Shown one piece after another: positions 1-9,695 of a stretch of DNA of 38,305 bases. The stretch is from assembly GCA_030618495.1 (NCBI GenBank), contig JAUXDE010000002.1:1-38305 (forward strand). Direction: 5' to 3'. The DNA is from Clostridia bacterium. Lineage in GTDB: Bacteria > UBA6262 > WVXT01 > JAUXBS01. How positions within the stretch are numbered: the stretch's first letter is position 1; every line of letters begins with the position of its first letter. Under the pieces are notes generated by a model that worked only from the letters and a program-made list of their open reading frames with translations, made no database searches and was not told the DNA's origin. The translations under genes were made by a program, and so were the position numbers.

Positions 1-288
1 TGTAAAACTCCTGCATATCTTCACGGCATGGGCAAGCCCCAACGGGGCCTCCTGCCGGATATAGGTGACTTTTATCCCCCATTTTTTGCCGGTGCCAACC
101 GCCTTTTTGATTTCATCCCCCGTGTCTCCGATAACTATGGCAATATCGGTTATCCCGGCATCCCTGACCGCCTCTATGCCGTAAAACAATATCGGCTTGT
201 TTGCAACAGGAACGAGCTGCTTTGCATTAGTATGAGTAATAGGACGCAGGCGCGTACCCTTCCCGCCGCTTAATATTACTGCTTTCAC
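1..288 (-). CDS. Sugar-phosphate nucleotidyltransferase (RmlA-like, glucose-1-phosphate thymidylyltransferase family). Only the N-terminal 96 aa are present; the C-terminus runs off the window.
   Basis: Manual minus-strand translation from GTG at 288..286 gives [90 protein letters not shown]... It contains the G-G-x-G-T-R-L-x-P-x-T pyrophosphorylase loop. The start overlaps the stop of the upstream SDR gene (GTGA). It is absent from the supplied ORF track; the 28..273 plus-strand ORF is its shadow. Confidence 0.75.
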   Translation of the reverse strand, partial: MKAVILSGGKGTRLRPITHTNAKQLVPVANKPILFYGIEAVRDAGITDIAIVIGDTGDEIKKAVGTGKKWGIKVTYIRQEAPLGLAHAVKICRSFT

Positions 289-1238
289 AGTTTCTCCCTC
301 CAATAGTTTAACAGGTCTTCGGCTGTCTTTTCAAAAGGTATTACGGGTTTCCATCCCGTGGCTTTACAGAACTTCCCATTATCACCCAGAAGGATCTGGA
401 CATCCGAAGGCCTCATCCTGGCAGGGTCATTTTCTACCTGAACCTTTACCTTTGACATGCCAAGCAGCATATCAAGCACTTCCTGTATGGAGTAATCCTT
501 ACCGGAACAAATATTATATGCTTCTCCATATTCACATTTTTCGGTAGACAACCAGTACGCTTTCACAATATCCCTTACATCCGTGAAATCCCTTCTGGCT
601 TCCAGGTTTCCTACACTCATAACCGGTTTTCTCATGTTTTTTTCAATCTCAGCTATCTGCCTGGCAAAATTGGAAACAACAAAAACCTCTCCCCTCCTCG
701 GACCGGTGTGATTAAACGCCCTGGTTCTCACCACTCTTGTTTTATAACTCCTGAAATATTGATATGCGAGCATGTCCTGCCCCACTTTGCTGACCCCGTA
801 CGGCGACAGGGGGCGCAATTGATTGGTTTCTTTTATCGGGACCTCGTTTTCCATTACCAGCCCGTATTCCTCGCTTGAACCCGCGATCTGCATTACCGGG
901 TCCGTGTTTGAATTACGTATTGCTTCAAATATGTTCAATTCTCCTATTATGTTAGTCGTTAACGTTTCCGCAGGCGCATGCCATGACGACTGAACGAATG
1001 ACTGCGCTGCCAGGTGGAATATCTTTTCCGGCTTAATTTTTTTTATCACCTTGTCAACCGACGAGGCATCACGGATATCACACTCGATTAATTCAATCTT
1101 ATCCTTTATATGATCAATGTTTTCCGTGTTACTCCGCCACCTTTCAATACCGTAAACCACAACACCCTTTTTGCTAAGCAAATATTCCGCCAGGTGACTG
1201 CCCACAAATCCCGTAATTCCTGTAATCAATGCTTTCAT
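285..1238 (-). CDS. NAD-dependent NDP-sugar epimerase/dehydratase (extended SDR, GDP-mannose 4,6-dehydratase/Rmd-like)
   Basis: N-terminal Rossmann motif [12 protein letters not shown] and catalytic YGVSKVGQD (Y-x-x-x-K). ATG at 1238 with AGGAG 9 nt upstream. Coupled to the downstream nucleotidyltransferase. Confidence 0.85.
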   Translation of the reverse strand: MKALITGITGFVGSHLAEYLLSKKGVVVYGIERWRSNTENIDHIKDKIELIECDIRDASSVDKVIKKIKPEKIFHLAAQSFVQSSWHAPAETLTTNIIGELNIFEAIRNSNTDPVMQIAGSSEEYGLVMENEVPIKETNQLRPLSPYGVSKVGQDMLAYQYFRSYKTRVVRTRAFNHTGPRRGEVFVVSNFARQIAEIEKNMRKPVMSVGNLEARRDFTDVRDIVKAYWLSTEKCEYGEAYNICSGKDYSIQEVLDMLLGMSKVKVQVENDPARMRPSDVQILLGDNGKFCKATGWKPVIPFEKTAEDLLNYWREKL

Positions 1239-1270
1239 TTAATAGCGCTCCTTTTATAAAATGTTCAATA

Positions 1271-1299
1271 ATTTTATCAAATATGTATAATATTTACAA
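1271..1299 (-). promoter_or_regulatory. Candidate sigma70 promoter for the NDP-sugar gene pair
   Basis: The minus strand reads TTGTAA-17 nt-TAAAAT, about 32 nt upstream of the ATG at 1238. The context is AT-rich, so a chance match is possible. Confidence 0.3.
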
Positions 1300-1325
1300 G
1301 AAAAATGGCAATTGTTTCCATTTTT

Positions 1326-3641
1326 CTATTCAGTTAGTAATTCCCACTGAGTGTTCCAACTATCATCTACGGTGGGCCTGGTTCTTCTACCCGATACTCC
1401 GATTTTGGATTCAGGAATTACTTTTATATTGAATCTAAGCCACAGTTCCTGAGTTGTAGGCTTCATCACCCATTTAAGATTCACCTCCCAGCAGTGCAGG
1501 TCCCTGTAGATATTAATCTCACTTCGCACAAAATTACTGGCTCCGAAATCATCGGTAAACACATCTGCCCTTGTGCGAAAATCAAACCGCATCTTCCTGG
1601 TAAACCAGAAACCAAAATTATTGGTGATATCGATTTTATTGGGAGTACTGCCAAAATATTTGATATTATTGGTCCAGTACCAACCCTTCTTATCTTCCCT
1701 TTTGCTTAAGTTAGACCCGAAAGGAGTGTATATAAAGTTCATATCCAAACTCAAAGGCTTCCACAACACCTGCGCCGTGTCTTTGATGTCATAATAATAA
1801 TCCATATAGAATAACGAATTGTCTGTATCATAATTTATCTTGAGATGGATTTTATCAAGGTTTTCCATAAAATAGGTACACATTCCCGTAAGCGTTGGAA
1901 TTCTTACTTCATCTTTTATCGCAGGCAATGTCAACCCCGTAGTTACCACAGCCCCCAACTGCTTCTTTTTTCTCTTCTTACCCCTTAATGAATCCACCCT
2001 GAAGCTGAAGTTATTAGAGCTTGACTCATTCTTCTTCATATCCCAGGCAAACGTATAGTTCATTTTCACGGGCAGTAAACATACCATATTCAAATCCGAT
2101 GTCCATGTGAACCCACTGGTAAACGAATCCGACAGCTCATTTGTCTCCTCATCCCAATTCTGTCCGTACTTCATGTTCATGCCAAAAGTGTTTATAGTAT
2201 TAATATTGAAACTCGTTTCTAATTTCGCATTATCTCTTGCGGACAATTTATAATTATTACTATTTGTAGTATTATACTTGTTATCAATGCCGGCGCCCGC
2301 GCTAAAATAAACGGGGAATTTTGAAACACTGAATAATTTTATTTGATTCAGATTAAAACTGGCCGAGGGCAGGTGCCCGCCGCTCTGTTCAAATTGATTT
2401 GTTGTATCGTTCCACAGGTCCTTTCTTTCCGCAAACACCTTCATGCTGTAATTTGATTTCGTATATGAAAAAGCTATATCGGAGGATATGTTCCTCGTTA
2501 CCAGTTCCATTTCCTCCCTTGCCAGGTCTTCCCCTTTCTGATGACTTTGTTTTTGATTAACATCATTCTTGTTCATGTAGTTAACATTTGACTGCAGTTT
2601 CAAACCCGGCAGGCCCGGAAAATCCTGATTATGTTTAGCGTAAACATTCAGGTTATTCTCCAATTCACCCCCGATGGTCCTGTAGCCGTCATTACTTATA
2701 TGAAAGTTACCGTCTATGTATTTAGTTTTATACTTTTCATCCAAACTCACGCCATACTCCAACTGTTTTGCCGTAGATAGTTTAATATCAAGCATTCCAT
2801 CGTTTTTTGTAAATATAGTAAATGGAAGAAACGCCATCGCAAAAGGGCCATCCTGTGAATTATAACCTACTTCATAATTTCTGCCCTTCCAGCCCAGCCT
2901 TTCCATTTTCAAAGGTATCACGATTTTCGGGAATGGGAGAATGGGGGGAAGTAAGGGAATATTGCCAATCATTAAACTGACCCAGTTGAATATTAACCAC
3001 CTGTCAGGAATAATCGTTATCCTGGATGCCGCTAACCTGTAATGGGCGGGAAGCTTATCACAGGAAGAAGCATAGCCCCTGTACAGGATGAATTTTCCAT
3101 CCCCCTTCTTCTCCATCCTCGGTCCCCTGAAGTACCACTCTTCCACCCTGCAGTTGGCATTGATTACGGTTCCGTCTTTGGTGTCGAAATTATATGTTAT
3201 ACTGTCTCCGTATATTTCATAGCTGTCTTTTATCGAACAGTTGCCCCTCGCGTTAATCTCCTTTGCCTGGATTTTAATGTCTATCTCATCGCACTTGATA
3301 ATCGTCCCCTCATATTCAACTACCACATTACCCCTGGCATATAACCTGTCTTCCTCTCTAATGTACCTGGCATAATCAGAATTAAGTTTAATGGGAACAC
3401 CCGAAAGAATAGTTGAAGAACTTATACCGAATTCACATTCAATGTCTGACAATGCGGGAATCGTGGAAGGAACTACTTTAAACTTCTCTTCATTACCTCC
3501 GGAAACGGGATTCGTGGAATGAATTGCTTCGTATTTCTCTTCAGCGCCAAAAGCCTCCACAAACGGATAAAAGGCAAAAAAAACAGCTGTTATTACAAGA
3601 AGGGCTTTGGGGGCAGATCTCATTTTTTTTGGAATATTCAT
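1326..3641 (-). CDS. lptD: LPS-assembly outer-membrane protein LptD/OstA homologue
   Basis: Signal peptide (MNIPKKMRSAPKALLVITAVFFAFYPFVEAFGA). OstA-like N-domain (LYARGNVVVEYEGTIIKCDEIDIKIQAKEINARGNCSI...ITYNFDTKDG). SSCD...PAHYRLAASRITII...IGNIPLLPPILPFP junction typical of LptD. Long beta-barrel-like C-terminal part. Confidence 0.8.
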   Translation of the reverse strand: MNIPKKMRSAPKALLVITAVFFAFYPFVEAFGAEEKYEAIHSTNPVSGGNEEKFKVVPSTIPALSDIECEFGISSSTILSGVPIKLNSDYARYIREEDRLYARGNVVVEYEGTIIKCDEIDIKIQAKEINARGNCSIKDSYEIYGDSITYNFDTKDGTVINANCRVEEWYFRGPRMEKKGDGKFILYRGYASSCDKLPAHYRLAASRITIIPDRWLIFNWVSLMIGNIPLLPPILPFPKIVIPLKMERLGWKGRNYEVGYNSQDGPFAMAFLPFTIFTKNDGMLDIKLSTAKQLEYGVSLDEKYKTKYIDGNFHISNDGYRTIGGELENNLNVYAKHNQDFPGLPGLKLQSNVNYMNKNDVNQKQSHQKGEDLAREEMELVTRNISSDIAFSYTKSNYSMKVFAERKDLWNDTTNQFEQSGGHLPSASFNLNQIKLFSVSKFPVYFSAGAGIDNKYNTTNSNNYKLSARDNAKLETSFNINTINTFGMNMKYGQNWDEETNELSDSFTSGFTWTSDLNMVCLLPVKMNYTFAWDMKKNESSSNNFSFRVDSLRGKKRKKKQLGAVVTTGLTLPAIKDEVRIPTLTGMCTYFMENLDKIHLKINYDTDNSLFYMDYYYDIKDTAQVLWKPLSLDMNFIYTPFGSNLSKREDKKGWYWTNNIKYFGSTPNKIDITNNFGFWFTRKMRFDFRTRADVFTDDFGASNFVRSEINIYRDLHCWEVNLKWVMKPTTQELWLRFNIKVIPESKIGVSGRRTRPTVDDSWNTQWELLTE

Positions 3642-3663
3642 TTATGTTTATTATAAATTTGCA

Positions 3664-3786
3664 GGGGTCAGACCTTAACATTTAACAAAATCTGAGTTTG
3701 ATACTTATTCAACAACTGCCAACAAATGAGCAAAAATAGTAATAATGTTAAGTGCTACTTTTTGTTAAATGTTAAGGTCTGACCCC
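3664..3786. repeat. Long inverted repeat (element B): perfect 27-bp arms GGGGTCAGACCTTAACATTTAACAAAA (3664-3690 and 3760-3786) around a 69-nt loop
   Basis: Base-by-base reverse-complement check shows 27/27 pairing. It fills the ROK-lptD intergenic space. The right arm contains the last 6 codons and the TAA of the ROK gene. Confidence 0.9.
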
Positions 3787-4769
3787 TTTTTAATTTGCCT
3801 TACCAGCAAGGCCGCTCCAACAACTCCAAGGTCATCACCCAGCTTTGAAATTATATAATTTATTGGTTTCCTCTTACTGACGAACGAACGTTTTCTTATG
3901 ACTCTTTTCATTGGCTCCAGGAACAAGTTTCCGGCGCGGGAAACACCGCCGCTGAACACAACAACCTCCGGATTCAATACGTTTATTATGCCTGCTAATG
4001 CGATCCCGAGGTACTCTCCTGTTTCCTCCCATATATTATTTGCCAGAGAATCATTTTTCCTTGCCGCTTCCGCAATAATTTTTGGAGTGATTTTATTTAA
4101 TTTGCCTTTTACAAGTCCGGTTATTTTAGTTTTTCTGCCCTTTTTTATTTCCTCTACCGTTCTTTCTACTATGGCGCCCGCACCGATATACTTTTCAAGA
4201 CAGCCGTTACTGCCGCAATTACACCTCGGCCCCTCCGTGTTAATTGTAACATGCCCTATTTCACCGGCAAGCCCGTTCGACCCGTGATAAATTTCGCCAT
4301 CGATAATAATCCCTCCCCCTACCCCAGTCCCCATTGTCACACAAACCACATCATTGACTGCGGCAGGAACTTCCAGTTGATATGCTCCCCAGGCGGCAAC
4401 GTTTGCGTCATTTTCAAGGAATATCGGAAGTTTTGATAAATTATTTCTCCTGATTTTCTTCTTCAGCATGCTCACAAAGGGGAATTTCTTTTTATACATA
4501 TTAGGAGAACACTTTATTTCCCCTTTCCCGTGGTCTATTAAACCCGCAGAACCTACCCCTATCCCCTGCACGGAATTAATCGGAACACCATCAACGATCT
4601 CGGATAATTGAACAGCTACATGATGAACAAATAATTCTTCTTTCTCCAGAACATTAGCGCTGTATTTTATTTTATTAACTATAACGCCTTTCATGTCCAC
4701 CAGGGCCACAGTAACATTAGTCCCCCCGATATCGACTCCTATTGAATATTTATAACCGGTTTGTTTCAT
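3765..4769 (-). CDS. ROK-family sugar kinase (glucokinase-like)
   Basis: GVDIGGTN ATP-binding start, GHVTIN, and the C-x-C-G-x(2)-G-C-x-E zinc motif (CNCGSNGCLEKY). Start moved to ATG 4769 (MKQTGYKYSIGVDIGG) because GGAG lies 4 nt upstream. The track start at 4805 lacks an SD. Confidence 0.85.
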   Translation of the reverse strand: MKQTGYKYSIGVDIGGTNVTVALVDMKGVIVNKIKYSANVLEKEELFVHHVAVQLSEIVDGVPINSVQGIGVGSAGLIDHGKGEIKCSPNMYKKKFPFVSMLKKKIRRNNLSKLPIFLENDANVAAWGAYQLEVPAAVNDVVCVTMGTGVGGGIIIDGEIYHGSNGLAGEIGHVTINTEGPRCNCGSNGCLEKYIGAGAIVERTVEEIKKGRKTKITGLVKGKLNKITPKIIAEAARKNDSLANNIWEETGEYLGIALAGIINVLNPEVVVFSGGVSRAGNLFLEPMKRVIRKRSFVSKRKPINYIISKLGDDLGVVGAALLVRQIKKGSDLNI

Positions 4770-6072
4770 AGCACTCCAATATTTCAATTGCTTTTCCAAC
4801 GACATAGAGCGAACCGGACACGCAAATCAGGCTGTTACTAAAAGCCATTTCAACCGCTTTCCTGACCCCTTCCCCTACTGTTCGCGCCGTAAATACATCG
4901 CTGGTATTTTTATATTTTAATATTTCTTTCTTCAACGTTGTTCTACTCAATGCCCTCTTGACCTGCGGTGACACTGCAATTACCCTGTCAGCAAGAGGTA
5001 CTATTCCGGACGTCATTAATTGCACGTCTTTATCCGACAGCGCCCCGAAAACCAGGATTAAATCATCGTAAGTAATACTCCCGCCGCTCAGAAATTCTTT
5101 CAGGGATTCTATGCCCGAAGGATTATGCGCCCCGTCAAGAATTACACGAATTCGCTTTCCACCGGCGTTCAGTTTAATGAAGTCCAGCCTGCCCGGCCAT
5201 GACGCTCCTGCAAGGCCCTTTCGTATGTGCGTCTCACTTACGTTTATATTTCTTAGCCCGAGGACTTCTACCGCCCCTACCGCCAGCGCCGCATTCTGTA
5301 CCTGGTGTTCTCCCCTCAGCCTTATTTTAAGCCCTTTATAATTATTGGAAATACCCTGATAATCAAATTCCTGGAACCTGTTATTGACACTTGAAATACT
5401 GGTATCCAGGTCCCTGCCTGCGCAAAAGAGTTTTCCATCTTTTTTTCTGCAAACATCCTTTATGACTTCAAGCGCCTCTTTGTCCTTTGTCGCGGTAATA
5501 ACAGTTCCGTTTTTCTTTATTATTCCCGCTTTTTCACGCGCTATGGATTTAAGGCTGTTACCCAGGTAATCCATGTGCTCATAATCTATATTCGTAATAA
5601 CGGAAACCAATGGATTCTTAATGACATTCGTGGCGTCCAGCCTGCCACCCATGCCCGTTTCCAGCACAACGATATCAACTTCCTTCAAGGCGAAATACAG
5701 GAAAGCAACTACGGTCAGGAATTCAAAATAAGTCAATTCCAGCGATAAACGCCCTGACGCATTCCTGACGGTTCCTGTCAGCCGCGCAACATCCCTTTTT
5801 GAAATCCTTCTACCGTTAACCTTGATACGCTCAGACAGGTCTATCAGGTGAGGCGACGTATACAAACCGGTCTTAAAACCCGCTTCCTCCAGTATACTGC
5901 CTGTCATCACTGCCACCGAACCTTTGCCATTTGTCCCTGCAATATGAACGGAGCGGAAGTTTTTTTCGGGATTATCTAACAAACCCAGAACTTTATTAAC
6001 ATTAGAAAGACCAAATCTTATACCCAGACATCCCAAGCTATTTATATAACTAAGTGCCTTGTTAAACAACAT
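4750..6072 (-). CDS. folC: Folylpolyglutamate synthase / dihydrofolate synthase
   Basis: P-loop HIAGTNGKGS about 46 aa from the proposed start, Mur-ligase fold motifs (DYEH, LDGAHNP). Start trimmed to ATG 6072 (MLFNKALSYINSL) to match the usual FolC N-terminal length. The start remains uncertain (6087 is an alternative). Confidence 0.85.
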   Translation of the reverse strand: MLFNKALSYINSLGCLGIRFGLSNVNKVLGLLDNPEKNFRSVHIAGTNGKGSVAVMTGSILEEAGFKTGLYTSPHLIDLSERIKVNGRRISKRDVARLTGTVRNASGRLSLELTYFEFLTVVAFLYFALKEVDIVVLETGMGGRLDATNVIKNPLVSVITNIDYEHMDYLGNSLKSIAREKAGIIKKNGTVITATKDKEALEVIKDVCRKKDGKLFCAGRDLDTSISSVNNRFQEFDYQGISNNYKGLKIRLRGEHQVQNAALAVGAVEVLGLRNINVSETHIRKGLAGASWPGRLDFIKLNAGGKRIRVILDGAHNPSGIESLKEFLSGGSITYDDLILVFGALSDKDVQLMTSGIVPLADRVIAVSPQVKRALSRTTLKKEILKYKNTSDVFTARTVGEGVRKAVEMAFSNSLICVSGSLYVVGKAIEILECYETNRL

Positions 6073-6310
6073 ATGTAACCATAACATGTCTGGATATGGC
6101 TTAGTTGCAATGAACGACAACGCCGGCGTGCTGTACGCACTCCAAGGCGGAGTGAAGCAGCAAACAACCATATACGGACATGCCCTTCAGGGCAGAAATT
6201 CTTTTAACCAGATTCTTCATCACTCGTCACTCATTTGCCGCAAGCAAACATCGTTCCTCGTTCTTTGAATCCGGTTAAAATAATCTCTGTTATGATTACA
6301 TAGGTTACTT

Positions 6311-6332
6311 AACCAGGCACTCGTGCCTGGTT
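6311..6332 (-). other. GC-containing stem-loop (9-10 bp) immediately after the accD stop codon
   Basis: AACCAGGCAC-TC-GTGCCTGGTT is a perfect palindrome 5 nt downstream of accD. No U-tract follows on the minus strand, so I did not call it an intrinsic terminator. Confidence 0.4.
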
Positions 6333-6337
6333 ATAAG

Positions 6338-7162
6338 TCATTTTCCTTTTTTAAGTAAACCCAGAGTTCTATCCAGTACATCCTTCAAGTCCTTCCTTTC
6401 GACAATCATATCGATCATCCCGTGTTCAAGCAGGAACTCCGACTTTTGAAAGTGAGGAGGAAGTGTTTGTTTTATGGTCTGTTCTATAACCCTGGGGCCC
6501 GCAAAGCCGATCAATGCCGCGGGTTCCGCGATATTAATATCCCCCAGCATCGCAAAACTCGCAGACACCCCCCCGGTTGTAGGGTCGAGAAGAATGGAAA
6601 TATAAGGAATCTTTTCCTTGTCCAAAAGAGCAATGGCCGCGCTTGTCTTCGCCATCTGCATAAGAGAGAATATTCCTTCCTGCATGCGCGCGCCGCCTGA
6701 AGAAGAAACAATTATCATCGGATATTTTTTTTTCACTGCATTTTCTATAGCGCGCGTTATTTTTTCTCCAACGACCGAACCCATACTGCCGCCCATGTAA
6801 TTAAAATTCATAACTGCAATCACTACGTTATTCCTGCCTATTTTTCCGTAACCCGTGACAACGGCATCATAAAACCCGGTTTTTTTCTGGTGTTTCCTGG
6901 TCCTGTTCGTATAACTTGTTGTATCCTTAAAATTCAACGGGTCCTTTGGCTGAACCTGAGCGTCAATTTCTTTGAAACTGCCGGGATTCAACAACAACTT
7001 TATCCGCTGCCCTGTATTCAGCCTGAAATAATGATTGCATTTAGGACATACCATGAAGTTGCTTTCCAGGTCCTTGTTGTAAATTATTTCCTGGCATCCC
7101 TCGCACTTTATCCACAACCCATCAGGTACGCTCTTTTTTTCATGAGGCGTTTCTACTGCCAT
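6338..7162 (-). CDS. accD: Acetyl-CoA carboxylase carboxyltransferase beta subunit
   Basis: N-terminal C-x2-C...C-x2-C zinc ribbon (CEGCQEIIYNKDLESNFMVCPKCNHY) and carboxyltransferase core (GGSMGSVVGEK, GGARMQEG). Start moved to the second ATG (7162), which has GGAGG 8 nt upstream. Confidence 0.9.
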   Translation of the reverse strand: MAVETPHEKKSVPDGLWIKCEGCQEIIYNKDLESNFMVCPKCNHYFRLNTGQRIKLLLNPGSFKEIDAQVQPKDPLNFKDTTSYTNRTRKHQKKTGFYDAVVTGYGKIGRNNVVIAVMNFNYMGGSMGSVVGEKITRAIENAVKKKYPMIIVSSSGGARMQEGIFSLMQMAKTSAAIALLDKEKIPYISILLDPTTGGVSASFAMLGDINIAEPAALIGFAGPRVIEQTIKQTLPPHFQKSEFLLEHGMIDMIVERKDLKDVLDRTLGLLKKGK

Positions 7163-7216
7163 ACTTCCCCCCTCCATATATTCCGCCCGGCTGGCCGGGC
7201 TGTTTCATTGAACTCC

Positions 7217-8572
7217 CTACTTAACTTCCGGGATATCTTTTAAAGCTTCCTTTATCTTTTCTTCCGGATAATCATAATCCTGGAGCTTGTTGTCATAATA
7301 AGCTTCATAAGATGCAAGATCAAAATAGCCGTGCCCGCTGAAGTTTATAACTATTGTCTTAGCTTCGTTATTAGCCTTGCATTTATTAGCTTCATCTATC
7401 ATCGCCTTAATGGCATGAGAAGTCTCGGGCGCAGGGATAATACCTTCCGTCTGGGCAAACAACTTCCCAGCTTCAAAACATGTATTCTGATGATAAGCCC
7501 TGGCCTCAACCACCTTTTCGTTTACCAGGTTGCACAGTACCGGGGCAGCCCCGTGATACCTGAGCCCTCCCGCGTGTATAGTCGGAGGAATGAAACCATG
7601 TCCGAGTGTATACATCTTCAGCAGCGGAGTCATTTTTGCCACATCGCCAAAATCATAAATATACGGCCCCTTGGTCAGGGTTGGACATGAAGTTGGTTCC
7701 ACCGCGATTATATCTATAGGCTGTCCCTTAAGTTTATCCTTCACGAAAGGCAGGAAAAAACCCGAGAAATTACTGCCGCCGCCAATGCAGCCAATAAGCA
7801 CGTCCGCTTTTTCCTTAACCAGTTTCAACTGTTTCTTAACCTCCTGCCCCACAATTGTCTGGTGCAGAAGTACATGATTAAGCACGCTGCCAAGCGAATA
7901 CTTGGTATCATCATGGGTTGCCGCATCCTCAACAGCTTCAGAAATGGCAAGGCCAAGGCTCCCCGGACAATCCGGATCTTTCTTTAGTATCTCCCTGCCT
8001 GAATTTGTTTTATCTGTTGGTGAAGCAAAAACCTCCGCACCCCAGGTCTGCATCATTATCTTACGGTACGGCTTTAAATTGTAACTGCATTTAACCATGT
8101 ACACAGTGCACTTAAGGCCAAAAAGGTTACAGGCAAACGAAAGAGCGCTCCCCCACTGACCGGCGCCTGTTTCGGTGGCTATCCTTTTGGTGCCTGCCAT
8201 TTTATTATAGTATGCCTGGGCTACCGCCGTATTCGGCTTATGGCTCCCGGGAGGCGATACACTCTCGTTCTTGTAATAAAGACGCGCCGGGGTACCAAGC
8301 TCTTTTTCCAGGCGGTGCGCTCTCACCAGCGGTGTCGGCCTCCAGAGCCTGTAAATATTCAATATTTCATCGGGAATTTCTATTTCGTGTTCAGCGCTTA
8401 CTTCCTGTTTTATCAACTCCATGGGAAAAAGCGGAGCCAAATCTTCGGGGCCAAGCGGTTTGCCTGTGCCCGGATGTAAGGCCGGAGCCAGCGGTGTCGG
8501 CAGGTCCGGTAAAACATTGTACCACCTCTGCGGAATTTCCTTCTCACTCAGAAGAATCTTTGTTTCTTTCAT
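7217..8572 (-). CDS. trpB: TrpB2-type tryptophan synthase beta-like PLP enzyme
   Basis: The 451-aa length and the N-terminal extension [14 protein letters not shown] are characteristic of the TrpB2 clade. PLP-lysine region HKPNTA and GGGSN loop are present. No trpA is adjacent. Confidence 0.85.
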   Translation of the reverse strand: MKETKILLSEKEIPQRWYNVLPDLPTPLAPALHPGTGKPLGPEDLAPLFPMELIKQEVSAEHEIEIPDEILNIYRLWRPTPLVRAHRLEKELGTPARLYYKNESVSPPGSHKPNTAVAQAYYNKMAGTKRIATETGAGQWGSALSFACNLFGLKCTVYMVKCSYNLKPYRKIMMQTWGAEVFASPTDKTNSGREILKKDPDCPGSLGLAISEAVEDAATHDDTKYSLGSVLNHVLLHQTIVGQEVKKQLKLVKEKADVLIGCIGGGSNFSGFFLPFVKDKLKGQPIDIIAVEPTSCPTLTKGPYIYDFGDVAKMTPLLKMYTLGHGFIPPTIHAGGLRYHGAAPVLCNLVNEKVVEARAYHQNTCFEAGKLFAQTEGIIPAPETSHAIKAMIDEANKCKANNEAKTIVINFSGHGYFDLASYEAYYDNKLQDYDYPEEKIKEALKDIPEVK

Positions 8573-8970
8573 TTTTTCCTCCTCTTTTGAGAATAAACTT
8601 TGCCGGGGCTAAAAACCCTTTTATCCACAATCTTATAATTACCGTTACTATCAACCCTGGTATGGAAACAGGAGCGGTAACCCCTGTGACAGGCCGCGTC
8701 TCCAACCTGCCTGACTTTTATAAGCAGGGTATCGGCGTCACAATCAAACCTTATTTCCTTTATCAACTGAAAATTACCCGATTCCTCACCCTTGACCCAG
8801 AACTTCTTCCTGGACCTGCTCCAAAAACAGGTTTTACCTGTTTTAAGGCTCTTTTTTATTGAGTCCCTGTTCATCCACCCGACCATAAGTACCCGGCCGT
8901 CTTTGTAGTCCTGTATTACCGCGGGTATTAAGCCCTTTTTATCAAATTTTAGTTCTTCAATGAATTTCAT
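8569..8970 (-). CDS. hisI: Phosphoribosyl-AMP cyclohydrolase (monofunctional HisI)
   Basis: GLIPAVIQD...[19 protein letters not shown]...DCDADTLL...[10 protein letters not shown]. 4-nt overlaps with both neighbours. Confidence 0.9.
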   Translation of the reverse strand: MKFIEELKFDKKGLIPAVIQDYKDGRVLMVGWMNRDSIKKSLKTGKTCFWSRSRKKFWVKGEESGNFQLIKEIRFDCDADTLLIKVRQVGDAACHRGYRSCFHTRVDSNGNYKIVDKRVFSPGKVYSQKRRKK

Positions 8971-9695
8971 TTTTCTCCCGCTAATTTTACAGCATCTATT
9001 AAACTAATGGATTCCGTATACAAGGCTTTACCGATAATTATCCCGGTAATATTCTTTATTCCCAGGTCTATAATGTTTTTTACATCACCTAAATTCGAAA
9101 TCCCCCCGGCAATAATAACAGAAGCTTTCACTTTTTCCGCAAATTTTTCTATTGATTTCAGGTTGGGCCCTTCCATCATGCCGTCTTTTTTAATATCGGT
9201 AAATATAATTTCCTTGAAACCGTAATTGCAGATTCTTTTCCCCAGCTCCAGCGCAGTCACTGAAGTAACATCCTTCCATCCCCCGATGGCAACCTTGTTT
9301 CCAACCACGTCAATGCTTATAATTATCCTGTCCTTGAATTTCTTCTTGGCTTTTACCAGGAATTCGGTATCATAAATTGCCGTTGTCCCGAGAACCACCT
9401 TATCAATACCTTTTGACAATACCTCCTGCATAACCGCCATTTTTCTTATCCCGCCGCCAACATGGACAGGGATGTCAACCGCCTTTGAAATCTTCGAAAT
9501 AATCGACATATTTTTCGTTATTCCCGAGAAAGCGCCATCCAGGTCCACCACGTGTATTCTCTTCGCCCCCTGGGCTTTCCACAGCTTTGCGATGAATACG
9601 GGGTCCCTGGAATAAATAGTTTCATTTTCCAGTTTACCCTGGCCAAGCCTTACGCAATAGCCGTTACGAATATCAATAGCCGGTATTATTCTCAC
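8967..9695 (-). CDS. hisA: ProFAR isomerase HisA
   Basis: MRIIPAIDIRNGYCVRLGQG, VVDLDGA, and GGGIR in the (beta/alpha)8 phosphate-binding halves. Confidence 0.9.
   Translation of the reverse strand: MRIIPAIDIRNGYCVRLGQGKLENETIYSRDPVFIAKLWKAQGAKRIHVVDLDGAFSGITKNMSIISKISKAVDIPVHVGGGIRKMAVMQEVLSKGIDKVVLGTTAIYDTEFLVKAKKKFKDRIIISIDVVGNKVAIGGWKDVTSVTALELGKRICNYGFKEIIFTDIKKDGMMEGPNLKSIEKFAEKVKASVIIAGGISNLGDVKNIIDLGIKNITGIIIGKALYTESISLIDAVKLAGEK

Noticed and set aside
28-273. Plus-strand 81-aa ORF from the track
   Set aside because: It lies fully antisense to a minus-strand reading frame with a clear nucleotidyltransferase signature. It has no SD and no recognisable motifs.
1300-1326. AT-rich 9-bp hairpin (GAAAAATGG/CCATTTTTC) overlapping the lptD stop, considered as a terminator
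   Set aside because: The stem is weak, and it overlaps the putative -35 of the next promoter, and only a partial T-run follows. The evidence is insufficient.
4770-4805. N-terminal extensions proposed by the ORF track for the ROK kinase (here), folC (to 6171), accD (to 7177), rpmE (to 14021), tyrS (to 15378) and glyQ (to 36290)
   Set aside because: Downstream starts fit better. They have properly spaced GGAG/GGAGG sites or ATGA overlaps, and they reproduce the usual family N-termini. Several of the longer starts are TTG/GTG codons lying inside the SD or promoter of the shorter form.
6073-6337. THF or ZTP riboswitch upstream of folC
   Set aside because: I looked for the conserved cores I remember (for example the CCGCCUGGGC-type 3' element of ZTP) and found only loose resemblance (CCGCCTTGG). 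I cannot call it without a covariance-model scan, so it is kept only as an unexplained spacer.
7185-7200. GC-rich hairpin GCCCGGCTGGCCGGGC between trpB2 and accD, considered as an intrinsic terminator
   Set aside because: No U-tract follows on the transcribed (minus) strand, and it sits about 10 nt upstream of the accD SD within a tightly packed operon. At most it is a processing or attenuation stem, so I did not call it.
8212-8862. Plus-strand 216-aa ORF (plus 8240..8479 and 8421..8612)
   Set aside because: It is antisense to trpB2 and hisI, which have strong family signatures. The sequence is Pro/Ser/Ala-rich and low-complexity, typical of shadow frames, and it has no SD.
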